Shown here: positions 24,088-34,419 of the stretch, in pieces | Numbering within the stretch: position 1 is the first letter of the stretch | Layout: each line of letters starts with the position of its first letter | IMG/VR virus record: IMGVR_UViG_3300044807_000039 | Coordinates: 64,001-128,000 of that record | Reading direction: 5' to 3' (one strand) | Length of the DNA: 64,000 nt | Source of the DNA: a virus | Taxonomy: Duplodnaviria; Heunggongvirae; Uroviricota; Caudoviricetes | Made by a program: the position numbers and the translations under genes | The notes under the pieces: generated by a model | The model's database searches: none | What the model saw: only the letters and a program-made list of their open reading frames with translations | What the model was told of the DNA's origin: nothing

Positions 24088-24516
24088 ATGTACAATACAG
24101 ATATAATGGGATTATTCAATCGAGTAGAGGAGCTATCAAAAAATCTTGAAAGCCTTATTGAAAAGGCTGAGCTTTGGCAACTGCTTTTTGATGAATCCCC
24201 AGACGCAATAGCTCTTTTTAATGAGGGAATGCGATTCTTTTTGGTAAATAAGGCTTTTTGTGAGTTAACCAATTTCACTGAAGAAGAGATTACTGGTCAA
24301 AAATTAAGTATTGTTTTGCCATCCGAATTTCGCAGGGCGCACAAGCAATATGAAAGAGACTTCATGAAAAGCCCTGAAAAGAAGGTAAATAGACACGGAC
24401 TTGCACCAAAGATACTTACTCGTGAAGGTGAAGCGTTAGCGGTCGACATAGATTTGTCCTTTTTTAACTACGATGGTCGAACCTACTACACTGCTTTCAT
24501 TAGAAAGTTAGCTTGA
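24088..24516 (+). CDS. stand-alone PAS domain protein (FixL-like) with N-terminal coiled coil
   Basis: LFDESPDAI...VNKAFCELTNFTEEEITGQKLSIVLP...H...Y...G...REGEALAVDI...YYTAFIR. Confidence 0.85.
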   Translation: MYNTDIMGLFNRVEELSKNLESLIEKAELWQLLFDESPDAIALFNEGMRFFLVNKAFCELTNFTEEEITGQKLSIVLPSEFRRAHKQYERDFMKSPEKKVNRHGLAPKILTREGEALAVDIDLSFFNYDGRTYYTAFIRKLA

Positions 24517-24535
24517 TTGATGTTACAATAACGGT

Positions 24536-25042
24536 ATGCCCTTTCAAACTTTAGTATTACCAGCAGGTGTCGAGCAGTCAACTATCATTACTATTCCCCG
24601 AAATGGAGACTGGTCTGGTTTGACTCGTATTCGAGCCACCACCTATGGCGTCAACGCCGTGATTCATTCTCTGGAGTTCATTGACTGTTCACAGAATGAT
24701 AATAGGACAAGATATCGCCGGGTTGGTTACAAGAGGGCTAATAACTGGTATAACTTTGCATTAGTTAAGGATCAGGAGTTTTATTGGTGGGCGCGAGGCA
24801 AGGAATCCTTGGTTAAGATGACCTATACCGCCACTAATCCCATTTGGTTTATTTACGAGACTGCTAAATATGGTTGGATTGACCCAGCAGACCCATTGCC
24901 AGCTTTTTCATGGAACAAGTATGCAGATGCAAAGCCTTGGGTTACTAATCTAGCTGCGAATAATCCAACTGAATATAGAATTATTGACCCATTTCCTGCG
25001 CGAGATAACCTTGGGGTAACCTACTGGAGGCCAAGAGTTTAA
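24536..25042 (+). CDS. hypothetical (virion-associated?) protein, paralog 1
   Basis: 168 aa; clearly similar to the next ORF. Confidence 0.8.
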   Translation: MPFQTLVLPAGVEQSTIITIPRNGDWSGLTRIRATTYGVNAVIHSLEFIDCSQNDNRTRYRRVGYKRANNWYNFALVKDQEFYWWARGKESLVKMTYTATNPIWFIYETAKYGWIDPADPLPAFSWNKYADAKPWVTNLAANNPTEYRIIDPFPARDNLGVTYWRPRV

Positions 25043-25545
25043 TGGCGACAAGAACAATGCAGCTGCCAGCCGGGACAACCCATACCGAGCTTATAGCTCT
25101 ACCTCTTACTGGTAGTTGGCTCGGTATGGTTCGTGTTGGTATCGCAACCCAAAAAGCAAATGCAACGATTCACGAATGGGTATTTATATGGCCAAATATG
25201 CCTAATAATAAAACAGGCTATAGGCGTACGGCTATGTCGAGTGCTAATAATTATTATAACTCTACGCTCACTCCGGATGTAGCTCAGTACCGTTGGTTAT
25301 GCCAAAATGAGTCGTTAGTGAAGATAACCTATACCTCAGCTAATCCAATCAGTCTTATCTATGAGACCAACAGGGTAATTTTACCATCACCATATCCCAA
25401 GTTGTCCAATACGCCATGGAATATTTCTAGTGCTACGCCATGGACTGGAGCCGGTAATAATCTTACTGGTCCAAATCCTACGGAAAGGGTGGCTGGACCA
25501 ACCGCACAACTTACAGGATTTGTGTATTGGAAGCCAACAACATGA
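25042..25545 (+). CDS. hypothetical (virion-associated?) protein, paralog 2
   Basis: 167 aa; LPAG, NNYYN, ESLVKITYT.ANPI..IYET and YW.P shared with paralog 1. Confidence 0.8.
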   Translation: MATRTMQLPAGTTHTELIALPLTGSWLGMVRVGIATQKANATIHEWVFIWPNMPNNKTGYRRTAMSSANNYYNSTLTPDVAQYRWLCQNESLVKITYTSANPISLIYETNRVILPSPYPKLSNTPWNISSATPWTGAGNNLTGPNPTERVAGPTAQLTGFVYWKPTT

Positions 25546-27122
25546 GTAAATATGATCAGCTAGCTTTTGCTAGTAAGCCAAACCTTTATCTGGCTGCCCC
25601 AAGTCTACTAGATCAATCTAATTCTGGAGCTTTTACGTTCCTGGTAAACAATCTAGCGTTGGGTGGCCAGCCAATCATATATGGCCATGAAAGCTCATTT
25701 AAGCTGGAGACAGGAGCAACCTGTAGTGTCGGTGGCAACCCGGTCTTTAGGTTCGGTGTTACCACTGAACTTGTAATGCTTGCTTCGTTGCCAAGTCAAG
25801 AGACTGAGGTAATTGTGGCAAGTAATGGTAGTGGTCTGTTCATTACTCCGACTTCTGTTGTCTTGCGTTTAAATTACATCAAGGACGAATCCGCAAAATC
25901 GTTAACGGCTGAAATTCTTGTACCGGATTGGAGTCAAAAACTCTATATCACAATTTCGATCGGGGACAATCAGGCGTCATTGACGGTGAACAATAAATCA
26001 ACAACCGTTATTTTGGATGGACTATTGGACAGTGCTATTACCAGCACTAATATAGGTGGCACCTTCGCCACAGGTTACTTCATCCTATTGGATGGATTTG
26101 GCGTATATAGTCGAAAGCTTCTAAACAAAAACGATGCATTAAATGATCCAACTCGCGGACATAACATATATGCGTCTGCTGTTTACGGTGCCAATTCAAC
26201 AGACTTTTCTACTTATAGCAGTATCGAGGCAATTAATGTAAATATAGGCGATTTCCAATACGTCAATTACGTAGGTCTAGATCATGAAAGTCTTTTGTAT
26301 AGATACCAGGTGTCAGCTAACGATGGAAACGTTTCATATATTGCCGTGCAGACAAACAATGATTCATTAGTTGTGGAATGGGATCTTAATGGTGGAGAGG
26401 TCGGAACATTCTTGCGTTACTTGGTGGTTCCAATTACTTCGCCAGGTAGCGTCATTACGTTTAAAATTCCAGCGCAAGGCTCTGGAGAATTTAATATGCG
26501 TATTGAAAATATACTGTCTGGAAACGTAATGTCCGAAACTCCTGCATTTCTGCGGACTACGGGTAAGCCAATTTTTCCAGCGGAGCCATCTGACTCTATT
26601 GTTAACTGTCCTCCAGGTGTAATTATGGACTTCGCAAGCTTTGAAGGTACCTGGCTTGAGCAGGGTATCGAGAGCTGGACCTTGCCTAAGTCGGTTGAAT
26701 TGATTTTTAAGCCGGATGAAGCTGGAGTAATATTTTCTAGTTCTAATGGAGTGATCAGTACCAGTGCTCAGAGCGGTTATAGTATGTGGCTTAATGGGGT
26801 GGCGGTAGCAAATCTAACCAACATCCTTATGAATCAATGGAATCATCTTGTCCTTATTAACACTACTCCAACGGCTACAACCTTTACTTTGAATACGAAT
26901 GGGACTTCAGTTCCAACAAAGATGCGCTATCTTTTACTTTCTTCATACCGTCAAGAATTAGTTCAAGCCGATATTGAGCAAATGTATAAGGTGTCAATTG
27001 GAGTGGATACTATTACCGTAAATGAAGTACCAGTCGTTGTAGCCGAAGGAATGTTTGAAAACAGTCAACCCTTTCAGGTATTTGGTAATGTTTGGTCAAT
27101 TGTTGGTGCTGGCGGAAACTAA
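25542..27122 (+). CDS. minor structural protein with LamG/ConA-like domains
   Basis: Start MSKYDQ at 25542 (ATGA overlap); beta-rich, WNHLVLI LamG-like motif. Confidence 0.65.
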   Translation: MSKYDQLAFASKPNLYLAAPSLLDQSNSGAFTFLVNNLALGGQPIIYGHESSFKLETGATCSVGGNPVFRFGVTTELVMLASLPSQETEVIVASNGSGLFITPTSVVLRLNYIKDESAKSLTAEILVPDWSQKLYITISIGDNQASLTVNNKSTTVILDGLLDSAITSTNIGGTFATGYFILLDGFGVYSRKLLNKNDALNDPTRGHNIYASAVYGANSTDFSTYSSIEAINVNIGDFQYVNYVGLDHESLLYRYQVSANDGNVSYIAVQTNNDSLVVEWDLNGGEVGTFLRYLVVPITSPGSVITFKIPAQGSGEFNMRIENILSGNVMSETPAFLRTTGKPIFPAEPSDSIVNCPPGVIMDFASFEGTWLEQGIESWTLPKSVELIFKPDEAGVIFSSSNGVISTSAQSGYSMWLNGVAVANLTNILMNQWNHLVLINTTPTATTFTLNTNGTSVPTKMRYLLLSSYRQELVQADIEQMYKVSIGVDTITVNEVPVVVAEGMFENSQPFQVFGNVWSIVGAGGN

Positions 27123-27182
27123 AATGTGCAGTCTTGGTTTACAATTTAGCGTATATGAATAAAAAGTGGTATACTTTTTGAT

Positions 27183-27509
27183 ATGGGCAATAAAAGTAAA
27201 CTTACTGAGGTACGAGAGACCAATCTGGGTGTTTATGTTTGGCAGCTTCAAGATGGAAGTTTTCTCAGTGACGACGATTTGAACATTTTATCGATCACCG
27301 CAATGCGTGGTGACCTGCGTGCGATGGCTAATATCACCGCTACAGCTAAATATTTAGGATTTGGTGATGGCCATCCCGTTTTTGCCGAGGGCCGCAGGAA
27401 AATTGATCAGGAGGAATGGGAGTACCAGCAGGAACGTTCCCGAAACGGCTACATTCCAGACCCATACGATATTGGAATCTTTAAGGAAGGATTGAAAAAG
27501 AAAAAATGA
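27183..27509 (+). CDS. conserved hypothetical protein preceding the portal
   Basis: 108 aa; IPDPYD motif. Confidence 0.8.
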   Translation: MGNKSKLTEVRETNLGVYVWQLQDGSFLSDDDLNILSITAMRGDLRAMANITATAKYLGFGDGHPVFAEGRRKIDQEEWEYQQERSRNGYIPDPYDIGIFKEGLKKKK

Positions 27510-29077
27510 TTACAGCAGTAACCAAAGACGAAGTAGACTATGCAGTTACGTCTACCCTGGAAAAGCGCCACGAACGCGCCGATGACCCATTTGATCTTAA
27601 GCTAAAGGACGTTCGTAAGCTTAAGGGGCTTTCTCGTAAGTTCATTGCGAAGGCTGATAGACGAACCAAGAAAGGCTACTACGGCGAGAATGGGGCTGCT
27701 TCTAAGCAAATAACCGATGAAGTTTTTTATGGTTATGGATATCTAGACCTTATTACCCCTCCATACAACCTTAACTACCTAGCAAAGCTATACGAAATCT
27801 CTCCCGCACATCATGCAGCATGTGATGCCAAGGTTGAGAGTGTTTTTGGTTTGGGCTGGGAATGGATTGAATCACCTAAGCTAAAGCGTGCTCGTGAAGC
27901 TACCCGAACCACTTCTGGCTTAGATAAATTAGAAAAAAACCTTAGCTCAGTTCGTGCAGACATGACCGAATGGCTAGATAACATCAATAACCTAGATGTA
28001 TTTGATGAGATCATGAAAAAGGCCGGAAGTGATTATGAAACTACTGGCAATGGATATATTGAGGTGGGTAGAACCCAATCTGGAAAAATTGGATACATTG
28101 GTCATATTCCTTCGCAGCATGTTCGTATTAGACGAGAGCGCGACGGCTTCGTACAGATTATTGGGAATAGAGTTGCTTTCTTTAATAACTTTGGACAAAA
28201 GGCCGTTAATGATGTTACCGATGATCAAAGCCCTAACGAAATAATCCACCTTAAGAAATACAGTCCCACAAGCTTGTATTATGGCGTGCCAGATATTGTC
28301 GCGGCCAAGGGACCACTTGCCGGTAACGAATTTGCCAATAGATATAACCTAGACTACTTTGAAAACAAGGCAGTTCCAAGGCATGTTATTGTGGTTAAGG
28401 GCGGTTCGTTGTCGCAGGACTCAGTTAATAAGCTTGTAGAATTTTTTGAGACTGGTCTACGTGGACAACACCATCGTTCCATTTATATCCCATTGGGAAA
28501 GTCGGGAATAGAGGGACCTGACCCAGACATTGAATTCAAGTCGATTGAGGCAGATCAACAGGACTTTAGTTTTGGTGATTACCGTGAAGCTAATAATGAA
28601 GAGATCTTTATGGCTCACCGTATTCCCGCCTCTCGTGCTGGTGTATTTAGTGCGAACATTTCCCTAGCGGCATCGCGCGACGCAGATAAGGTGTTTAAGG
28701 AATCCTATTCACGTCCGGAGCAAGCGATCTTTGAAAAGAAGATGGGGCGCATATTCAAGGAAATCACCGATGTTGTTGTCTTTAAGCTTAATGAGCTTAG
28801 CCTAGTTGATGAGGACACTCGTAGCCAGATTGACGAACGTTACCTACGTGCTGGTGCATATGTACCTGATGAGGTACGTAGGGTCAAGGGGATGCCTCCT
28901 CGACCAGATGGAAAGGGAATGGAGCCAAGCATGCTTAATCCAGCCCAAAAGGCTGAGGCGACAGCACAGGCCACCGCCTCCAGGACCAGAGACTCAGCAA
29001 GACAGGCGTCTAGCAGTGGAAAAGCCGGGGACACCGGAACAAGGAACGCAAAGGGAGCAGGTAGGAAGACACCATGA
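27506..29077 (+). CDS. portal protein
   Basis: 523 aa; LITPPYNLNYLAKLYE, HIPS..VR, EIIHLKKYSP.S.YYGVP and YFENKAVP motifs; position before protease and capsid. Confidence 0.9.
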   Translation: MITAVTKDEVDYAVTSTLEKRHERADDPFDLKLKDVRKLKGLSRKFIAKADRRTKKGYYGENGAASKQITDEVFYGYGYLDLITPPYNLNYLAKLYEISPAHHAACDAKVESVFGLGWEWIESPKLKRAREATRTTSGLDKLEKNLSSVRADMTEWLDNINNLDVFDEIMKKAGSDYETTGNGYIEVGRTQSGKIGYIGHIPSQHVRIRRERDGFVQIIGNRVAFFNNFGQKAVNDVTDDQSPNEIIHLKKYSPTSLYYGVPDIVAAKGPLAGNEFANRYNLDYFENKAVPRHVIVVKGGSLSQDSVNKLVEFFETGLRGQHHRSIYIPLGKSGIEGPDPDIEFKSIEADQQDFSFGDYREANNEEIFMAHRIPASRAGVFSANISLAASRDADKVFKESYSRPEQAIFEKKMGRIFKEITDVVVFKLNELSLVDEDTRSQIDERYLRAGAYVPDEVRRVKGMPPRPDGKGMEPSMLNPAQKAEATAQATASRTRDSARQASSSGKAGDTGTRNAKGAGRKTP

Positions 29078-29466
29078 TGGATAGACTAGCCAGAAGATTA
29101 TTAGCTCCAGTCAATACTTCAGTAATTAGCATCATGGGAGTTTTTAATGTTCTTTTAGGGTTCTGGCTTGTTCTCCCTTTCGATTCTTTAAATAAATATC
29201 ACCAAGGTTACTTGGAACTATTTATTGGTGTTATTTTGTTAATCATTGGCTCAACAATTCTTTTTGGAACAATCAAGGAGCACCTACCAGTGCTCAGTAG
29301 AGGAGCCTTGGTCGGATTCATGTTTTGGATTACAGTAACCGGCCTGGCTATTTATGTCAATTGGAAAGGATCAGACTGGATCTTTACTTTGATGATCGCC
29401 GTTTATCATGGGTTTGTCGGCGTCAATTTATGGGTGAATTTGAATAATTTGCCAAATAAAAAGTAA
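29074..29466 (+). CDS. 4-TM membrane protein
   Basis: 130 aa, four hydrophobic segments. Confidence 0.75.
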   Translation: MMDRLARRLLAPVNTSVISIMGVFNVLLGFWLVLPFDSLNKYHQGYLELFIGVILLIIGSTILFGTIKEHLPVLSRGALVGFMFWITVTGLAIYVNWKGSDWIFTLMIAVYHGFVGVNLWVNLNNLPNKK

Positions 29467-29477
29467 TAGTTTAGAAT
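29449..29477 (+). promoter_or_regulatory. promoter upstream of the capsid protease
   Basis: TTGCCA-N17-TAGAAT. Confidence 0.5.
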
Positions 29478-29486
29478 GTAAATGTT

Positions 29487-30740
29487 ATGGAAAAGGCATA
29501 TTTCTCTACTACCGAGGACAAGGTTCAACTCCACATTCCTTTCTCAAAGGCTGGAGTTAATGTCGAAAAGCGCACCGTATCTGGTTACGCTACCATCGAT
29601 AATGCCGATCAGACTGATGACGTTGTAACTAACGAATCCAGTATTGAAGCATGGAAATCTTGGCGCGGTAATGTTCGTGAACAGCATGGCGACCTAGCCG
29701 CCGGACGAGTATTGGACTATCACCCGGAAGAATTTGTCGATGAGCATGGCAAGGTTTATACCGGAATGTATGCAAATGTTTATGTTTCTAAAGGTGCTCC
29801 AACTACCTGGGAGAAGGTTCTAGATGGAACACTTTCTGGTTTCTCAATTGGCGGGGAGATTCAAGAATGCCACACTGAGTATATTCCTGATGAAGAACGT
29901 ACTATTAGATATATTACAAAATACCGTATGGTTGAACTGAGTCTTGTTGATTCGCCAATGAACCAACACTGTAATATTCTTTCCGTACAAAAAGCAGACG
30001 ACGGTACCGCAGTTTATTCGGGTATGGCGATGGACACCGCTATTGATAGCGTATTCTGGTGTTCCGAAGATCGCATTGCAGTTGCAGCACACGCTGATAT
30101 GCGAAAGTGCTCCGCATGCGATAGTGAGATGGAAAACATCGGTTGGTTTGAGCCTGTTGAGGGGCAAGCAACAAAAGATGCAATTCATAAGGTTTTGCAA
30201 GCTAATAATAAGCTTGAAAAGAAGTTTGACGCAGCGAAGGGAGGTTCCGAAATGTCAGATGAAACAAAAGAAGAAGTTAAGACAGTAGATGAGGATGTTA
30301 TTACCACCGACGATACTGAAAATAAAGCCGACACAACCGAAGAAGAAGCAGAGGTTGTAAAAAAGGCAGATGAGCCCGACCTAGCTACTATTACCAAGGC
30401 TCTTGGTGAAATTCAGGCCACTCTTTCCGAAAGTGGGGAGAAGAATCGTGCTGAGACCGTGGAGCAAATCCAGAAGGCAGTTGCATCCGTGAAGGAAGAC
30501 GTTGATGCAAAGCTAGAGGAGCTACTACAAAAGCACGTATCACTAGAGCAGGAAGTCAAGGGATTCAAGGATAACCTTGGTACCGTTGAAAAGAGTCTTA
30601 AGAGTGTACTTGGCGCGGTAGAAAAGTCTAGCGCAGGCAAGAAGTCAGCAGATGTCGAAGACGACACAAGTCTAGAAAAGGCTGACAAGCAAGAAGGTTT
30701 TTGGTCGTCCCGTTTTCTTCCAACTACGTATGACCAGTAA
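29487..30740 (+). CDS. capsid maturation protease with scaffold-like C-terminus
   Basis: RTVSGYAT, REQH, GTLSGFSIGG and ELSLVDSPMNQ motifs; acidic coiled-coil C-terminal half. Confidence 0.9.
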   Translation: MEKAYFSTTEDKVQLHIPFSKAGVNVEKRTVSGYATIDNADQTDDVVTNESSIEAWKSWRGNVREQHGDLAAGRVLDYHPEEFVDEHGKVYTGMYANVYVSKGAPTTWEKVLDGTLSGFSIGGEIQECHTEYIPDEERTIRYITKYRMVELSLVDSPMNQHCNILSVQKADDGTAVYSGMAMDTAIDSVFWCSEDRIAVAAHADMRKCSACDSEMENIGWFEPVEGQATKDAIHKVLQANNKLEKKFDAAKGGSEMSDETKEEVKTVDEDVITTDDTENKADTTEEEAEVVKKADEPDLATITKALGEIQATLSESGEKNRAETVEQIQKAVASVKEDVDAKLEELLQKHVSLEQEVKGFKDNLGTVEKSLKSVLGAVEKSSAGKKSADVEDDTSLEKADKQEGFWSSRFLPTTYDQ

Positions 30741-30781
30741 TATAAAATAAAAATATGATAAAGAAAGGAGTGAAGTGACGC

Positions 30782-31771
30782 ATGAGTGAAATTATTGAAA
30801 AGGTAATTAGGACAACTAACACTGCACCGGATAAGCCGGGTATTCTACAGAACGAGCAGGCTGACAAGTTCATCGACTATATGTTTGATGCAACTGTTCT
30901 GCTTAATGGAGATTGCCGTACACACCGTATGCAGGCTCCTATTGCCGACATTGACAAGATTGCAGTTGGACAGAGACTAGTTCGTGTAGCAACTGAGGCC
31001 GTTGACACTGGTGAGAACGCTGGTGCAACCTTCTCCAAGATCTCGCTTACTACTGTAAAGCTACGTCTAGACTGGGAAATTTCTACAGAAACTCTGGAGG
31101 ATAACCTTGAAGGCCGTGACATCGAGGATCACATTGCACGCCTTATGGCGACCGCATTTGGTAATGACCTTGAAGACATCGCCATCAATGGTGACACCGC
31201 AAGTTCTGACGGAACCCTAAAGGCATTCGATGGTTGGTACAAGCGTGCACTTGCAGAGGCTCACGTTGTAGACCTTGGTGGAGCAACCCTTAAGTGGGAA
31301 GCTTTCAACAAGCTACTTAAGGCTATGCCACGTAAGTTTATGCAGAAGCGTGCAGAACTAGCGTTCTACACAGGTACTAACGTACTACAGGACTACCTAT
31401 CTGACTTTATGCAGGCTGGTGGAGATCCTTGGGCGGGTCCACGCGCTGATCAGGCACGTGACGGAGCAGTCCGTACCGAAGGCGCAGCAGGATTCACCGC
31501 TGGTAGGCCATTCGGTGTAGAGCTACGAGAGATCCCGTTGTTTAACGAGACCTCAACTGGTACCTACTCAGGTGCATCGGGCGAGCACGGACACATCGAG
31601 CTTACCTTCCCTAAGAACCGTGTTCTTGGTGTAAGGCGTGAGATTCAGGTCCACCGCGAGTTCAAGCCAAAGAAGGACGCAATTGAATACACCGTATTCA
31701 CACGCGCTGGAGTAAACATCGAGAACGCAGATGCTTACGTGGTTGGCAAGAACCTTAAGGTAGCTAGCTAA
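30782..31771 (+). CDS. major capsid protein (HK97 fold)
   Basis: GILQNEQADKFIDY, KLRLDWEISTE.LEDN.EG and NDLED.AING motifs. Confidence 0.92.
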   Translation: MSEIIEKVIRTTNTAPDKPGILQNEQADKFIDYMFDATVLLNGDCRTHRMQAPIADIDKIAVGQRLVRVATEAVDTGENAGATFSKISLTTVKLRLDWEISTETLEDNLEGRDIEDHIARLMATAFGNDLEDIAINGDTASSDGTLKAFDGWYKRALAEAHVVDLGGATLKWEAFNKLLKAMPRKFMQKRAELAFYTGTNVLQDYLSDFMQAGGDPWAGPRADQARDGAVRTEGAAGFTAGRPFGVELREIPLFNETSTGTYSGASGEHGHIELTFPKNRVLGVRREIQVHREFKPKKDAIEYTVFTRAGVNIENADAYVVGKNLKVAS

Positions 31772-31782
31772 TAGACAAATTG

Positions 31783-31813
31783 CAAAAGCGGGACTTCGGT
31801 CCCGCTTTTGTTC
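31783..31813 (+). terminator. intrinsic terminator
   Basis: CAAAAGCGGGAC-TTCG-GTCCCGCTTTTG. Confidence 0.85.
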
Positions 31814-31851
31814 TATCTATGCCCATGTTATAATTGCGAAAGGAGGTTAAA

Positions 31852-32226
31852 ATGAGCAATCTGAACCAGCTAAATAAAAGAGAGCTTGAGAAGCTAGCCG
31901 CGAAGGCAGACGTCGTTCTCGACGGCGATGAGACTAATAAGCAAATTGTTGCTAAGCTAAAAGAAAACAATGTGAGCTACGAATTCTATAAGAAAGCCAT
32001 TCTTGATGCAGAAGACGCGGAGGATGATGGAGAGCCACTATTTGCAGACTCGCCGATTTTGCTTAAGATGGAGCGTCATAATCCAAGCTTTCAAGCATTC
32101 GGTTTTAAATTTACCCGCGAACATCCATATGCACTGATGAGTCCAGAACAGGCACAGCAGATTATTGATACTCATGAGGGTTTTCGTCTTGCATCACCAG
32201 CCGAAGCCAAGTCGTTTTATAGTTAA
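31852..32226 (+). CDS. hypothetical protein (Rho-N/HeH-like N-terminus)
   Basis: ATG 31852, RBS AGGAGG; F.FTREHPYALM motif. Confidence 0.8.
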   Translation: MSNLNQLNKRELEKLAAKADVVLDGDETNKQIVAKLKENNVSYEFYKKAILDAEDAEDDGEPLFADSPILLKMERHNPSFQAFGFKFTREHPYALMSPEQAQQIIDTHEGFRLASPAEAKSFYS

Positions 32227-32253
32227 TAAGAAATGTGCTAAAATGAAAGCACT

Positions 32254-33165
32254 ATGAAAGAAATACTAGCAAATACTATTAGTGACGTCTACTACGACGT
32301 ATTTAAGAATGGCGTATTGACTGACGCTACTGGGAACGTGCTGGTTAGTGTTTACAGAGATGGCGTGAAGCTAATTGATTCAGCTGTAGCCACCAAGATC
32401 ACAGGCAAGGTAGGGAAGTACTCCTATACCTTGCCTGTCTCTGTTACCATTAATTTAATTGTGACCGGGGTAGTGCTAGAAGAATCCGAACTAGAAATAG
32501 ATTGGACTTTTACCATTAATTCAAGCACTCTCACCGTTAAGGATTTCTACCGGGTTGTCACTCCATACAGCCCTTGGTCTTATTTTAACGATGCAGGCAC
32601 CAACTACGCAGATTATCTAGAATGCGAGCGTGTAAGCCGTTTCATCATCAATTCCTATTGTGGACAGTCCTTTGGTAAGCGCACTACAACCTATGCCATC
32701 GAGGGACATGGAACCGACAGTCTTAGCTTGCCGGAAAGATTAATGAGATTGACCAGTGTAACCTACCTTAGGAAGTATCCGACTAGACCTGGTTCTAGAA
32801 TTGGATATGCTTCTCCCAGCTGGGAGATTGCTTCTAATGGATGGACTCTTCGAACACAGCCAAATAAAGTAGACCTAGATCCAGTATGGCCAATAAATAA
32901 TGTGTTTACTCGGAACCTGCTCTATAACGTAGCGGGGCTCTGGGGCTACAATGCCGTTCCTGGCCCTATAGAAGAGGCTAGCAAAATACTTACTGCTAAT
33001 CTGCTATGTGCAGATCATAAGTACCGCGATAAATACTTACAGTCGATTAAGATGGGCGAATGGCGTATTCAGTTCCACGACCAGGCATTCGTTGGTACTG
33101 GTGATGCTACTGTAGATAGGCTATTGGTAGACTATAGAAATTACGTGGGGATCGGTTTGATATGA
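32254..33165 (+). CDS. head-to-tail adaptor
   Basis: Synteny; I.SYCGQSF and G.WGY..VP..IEEA motifs. Confidence 0.75.
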   Translation: MKEILANTISDVYYDVFKNGVLTDATGNVLVSVYRDGVKLIDSAVATKITGKVGKYSYTLPVSVTINLIVTGVVLEESELEIDWTFTINSSTLTVKDFYRVVTPYSPWSYFNDAGTNYADYLECERVSRFIINSYCGQSFGKRTTTYAIEGHGTDSLSLPERLMRLTSVTYLRKYPTRPGSRIGYASPSWEIASNGWTLRTQPNKVDLDPVWPINNVFTRNLLYNVAGLWGYNAVPGPIEEASKILTANLLCADHKYRDKYLQSIKMGEWRIQFHDQAFVGTGDATVDRLLVDYRNYVGIGLI

Positions 33166-33602
33166 TAGGTGGATGTTTCTTGTCTGCTGGTTATGCATTT
33201 TATGCTGATGTATATACCAAGCGTAGAACAGTAGACGATGCAACCGGCGAGATCGGTTATAAATGGCAACTATGGAAGACTGTAGATTGCCTAGTCAGTC
33301 CTTTTACTTCTACTAGTTTTAAAGCACAAGGAACCACCGAGACGTTTGGTGATGTATATGAAAAGAAGTCCTACCTGAAGATGCTAACCAAAGAAAACAT
33401 TGGCCGAAACGTACAAGTCACTAATATTCGTCAAAAGTCTACCGATGAATTAGTCTATTATGAAGTCGAGCTTCGTGCTGGACCAGCAACCTGGTATAAC
33501 TCCAGTGGTTCTTCACCGGTATTGGATCCATTCGGTAGGATAATAGAATGGGATACACTTATTCACCGTGCAGATGAGCAGGGCGAAAAAGCCAATGTTT
33601 AA
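33162..33602 (+). CDS. head-to-tail stopper
   Basis: Synteny; P.LDPFG motif. Confidence 0.65.
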   Translation: MIGGCFLSAGYAFYADVYTKRRTVDDATGEIGYKWQLWKTVDCLVSPFTSTSFKAQGTTETFGDVYEKKSYLKMLTKENIGRNVQVTNIRQKSTDELVYYEVELRAGPATWYNSSGSSPVLDPFGRIIEWDTLIHRADEQGEKANV

Positions 33603-34419
33603 TATCACAATGGAAGTAGATAAGTTTGGTAAGGCAGCCAATGTCATTGATGCTGTTTCAGTAGTTGTTAAAAGCAATGTGCACGTTAATGAATTAATCA
33701 AAGCATCAAATACTTTGATTACCGGTGAATTTGTTTTGCATATGTCCAGGGAAACATTAGGGAAGCCACTTAAATTCGGCCATATGTATGAATGGGGAAT
33801 GCTAGGAGATCCTAATGGCCGTTTGTGGAAACATGAATTGCGCGGACGTGGAGCTATGCGCCAACTTACATTTACTTTTAAGGCATCGCAAAAGGCCGTT
33901 CCGGTCGCTCCTGCACTCTCTGCTATTGGTGTTAAAAAGAACCATATCTTTCATATGAAGGCATCTGTCATGGAGCTTGGCCTTCCAGTTCGCATCAGTG
34001 AAAAGCTTGCTAAGGCTTTGGTATTTGAAGCCAAAGAAGTAAAACGTGGAGCGAAAACCAGTGGCACTGGATATGAAACAGGTGGAATTGTATTTCATCG
34101 CGGAGTTATCGAGATTCCTAGAGCTGGTTCAGCAGAAGCTTGGGGATCATTTACCACGGAATTTAATACTTGGTTCGCTTCTGGACTACCAGAAGAAATT
34201 ATTGCTACCGGTCTAACAATTCCGGCCGGTAGAACGATCAAGAGTGCCGTGTTGGCTAAACTTCGTAGTATTGGTAGTGCGAAAGTAAAAAAGAAGACAA
34301 TTGTATTGGAGCCAGCTGGCATAGATAAAAGCTTTGCTGCCACTCTAGAGAAAAGCTTGCAAACAAACTATATTGCCGGAACGGCAACAAGAAGGGCCAT
34401 AACGGATGACAGTGTATGA
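33595..34419 (+). CDS. neck/tail-completion protein
   Basis: Start MFNIT at 33595; HMYEW and F..KA.VME.G.PV.I motifs; synteny. Confidence 0.6.
   Translation: MFNITMEVDKFGKAANVIDAVSVVVKSNVHVNELIKASNTLITGEFVLHMSRETLGKPLKFGHMYEWGMLGDPNGRLWKHELRGRGAMRQLTFTFKASQKAVPVAPALSAIGVKKNHIFHMKASVMELGLPVRISEKLAKALVFEAKEVKRGAKTSGTGYETGGIVFHRGVIEIPRAGSAEAWGSFTTEFNTWFASGLPEEIIATGLTIPAGRTIKSAVLAKLRSIGSAKVKKKTIVLEPAGIDKSFAATLEKSLQTNYIAGTATRRAITDDSV

Noticed and set aside
27183-31771. Terminase genes next to the portal
   Set aside because: No ORF with terminase ATPase/nuclease motifs is in the window; they are presumably elsewhere in the genome.
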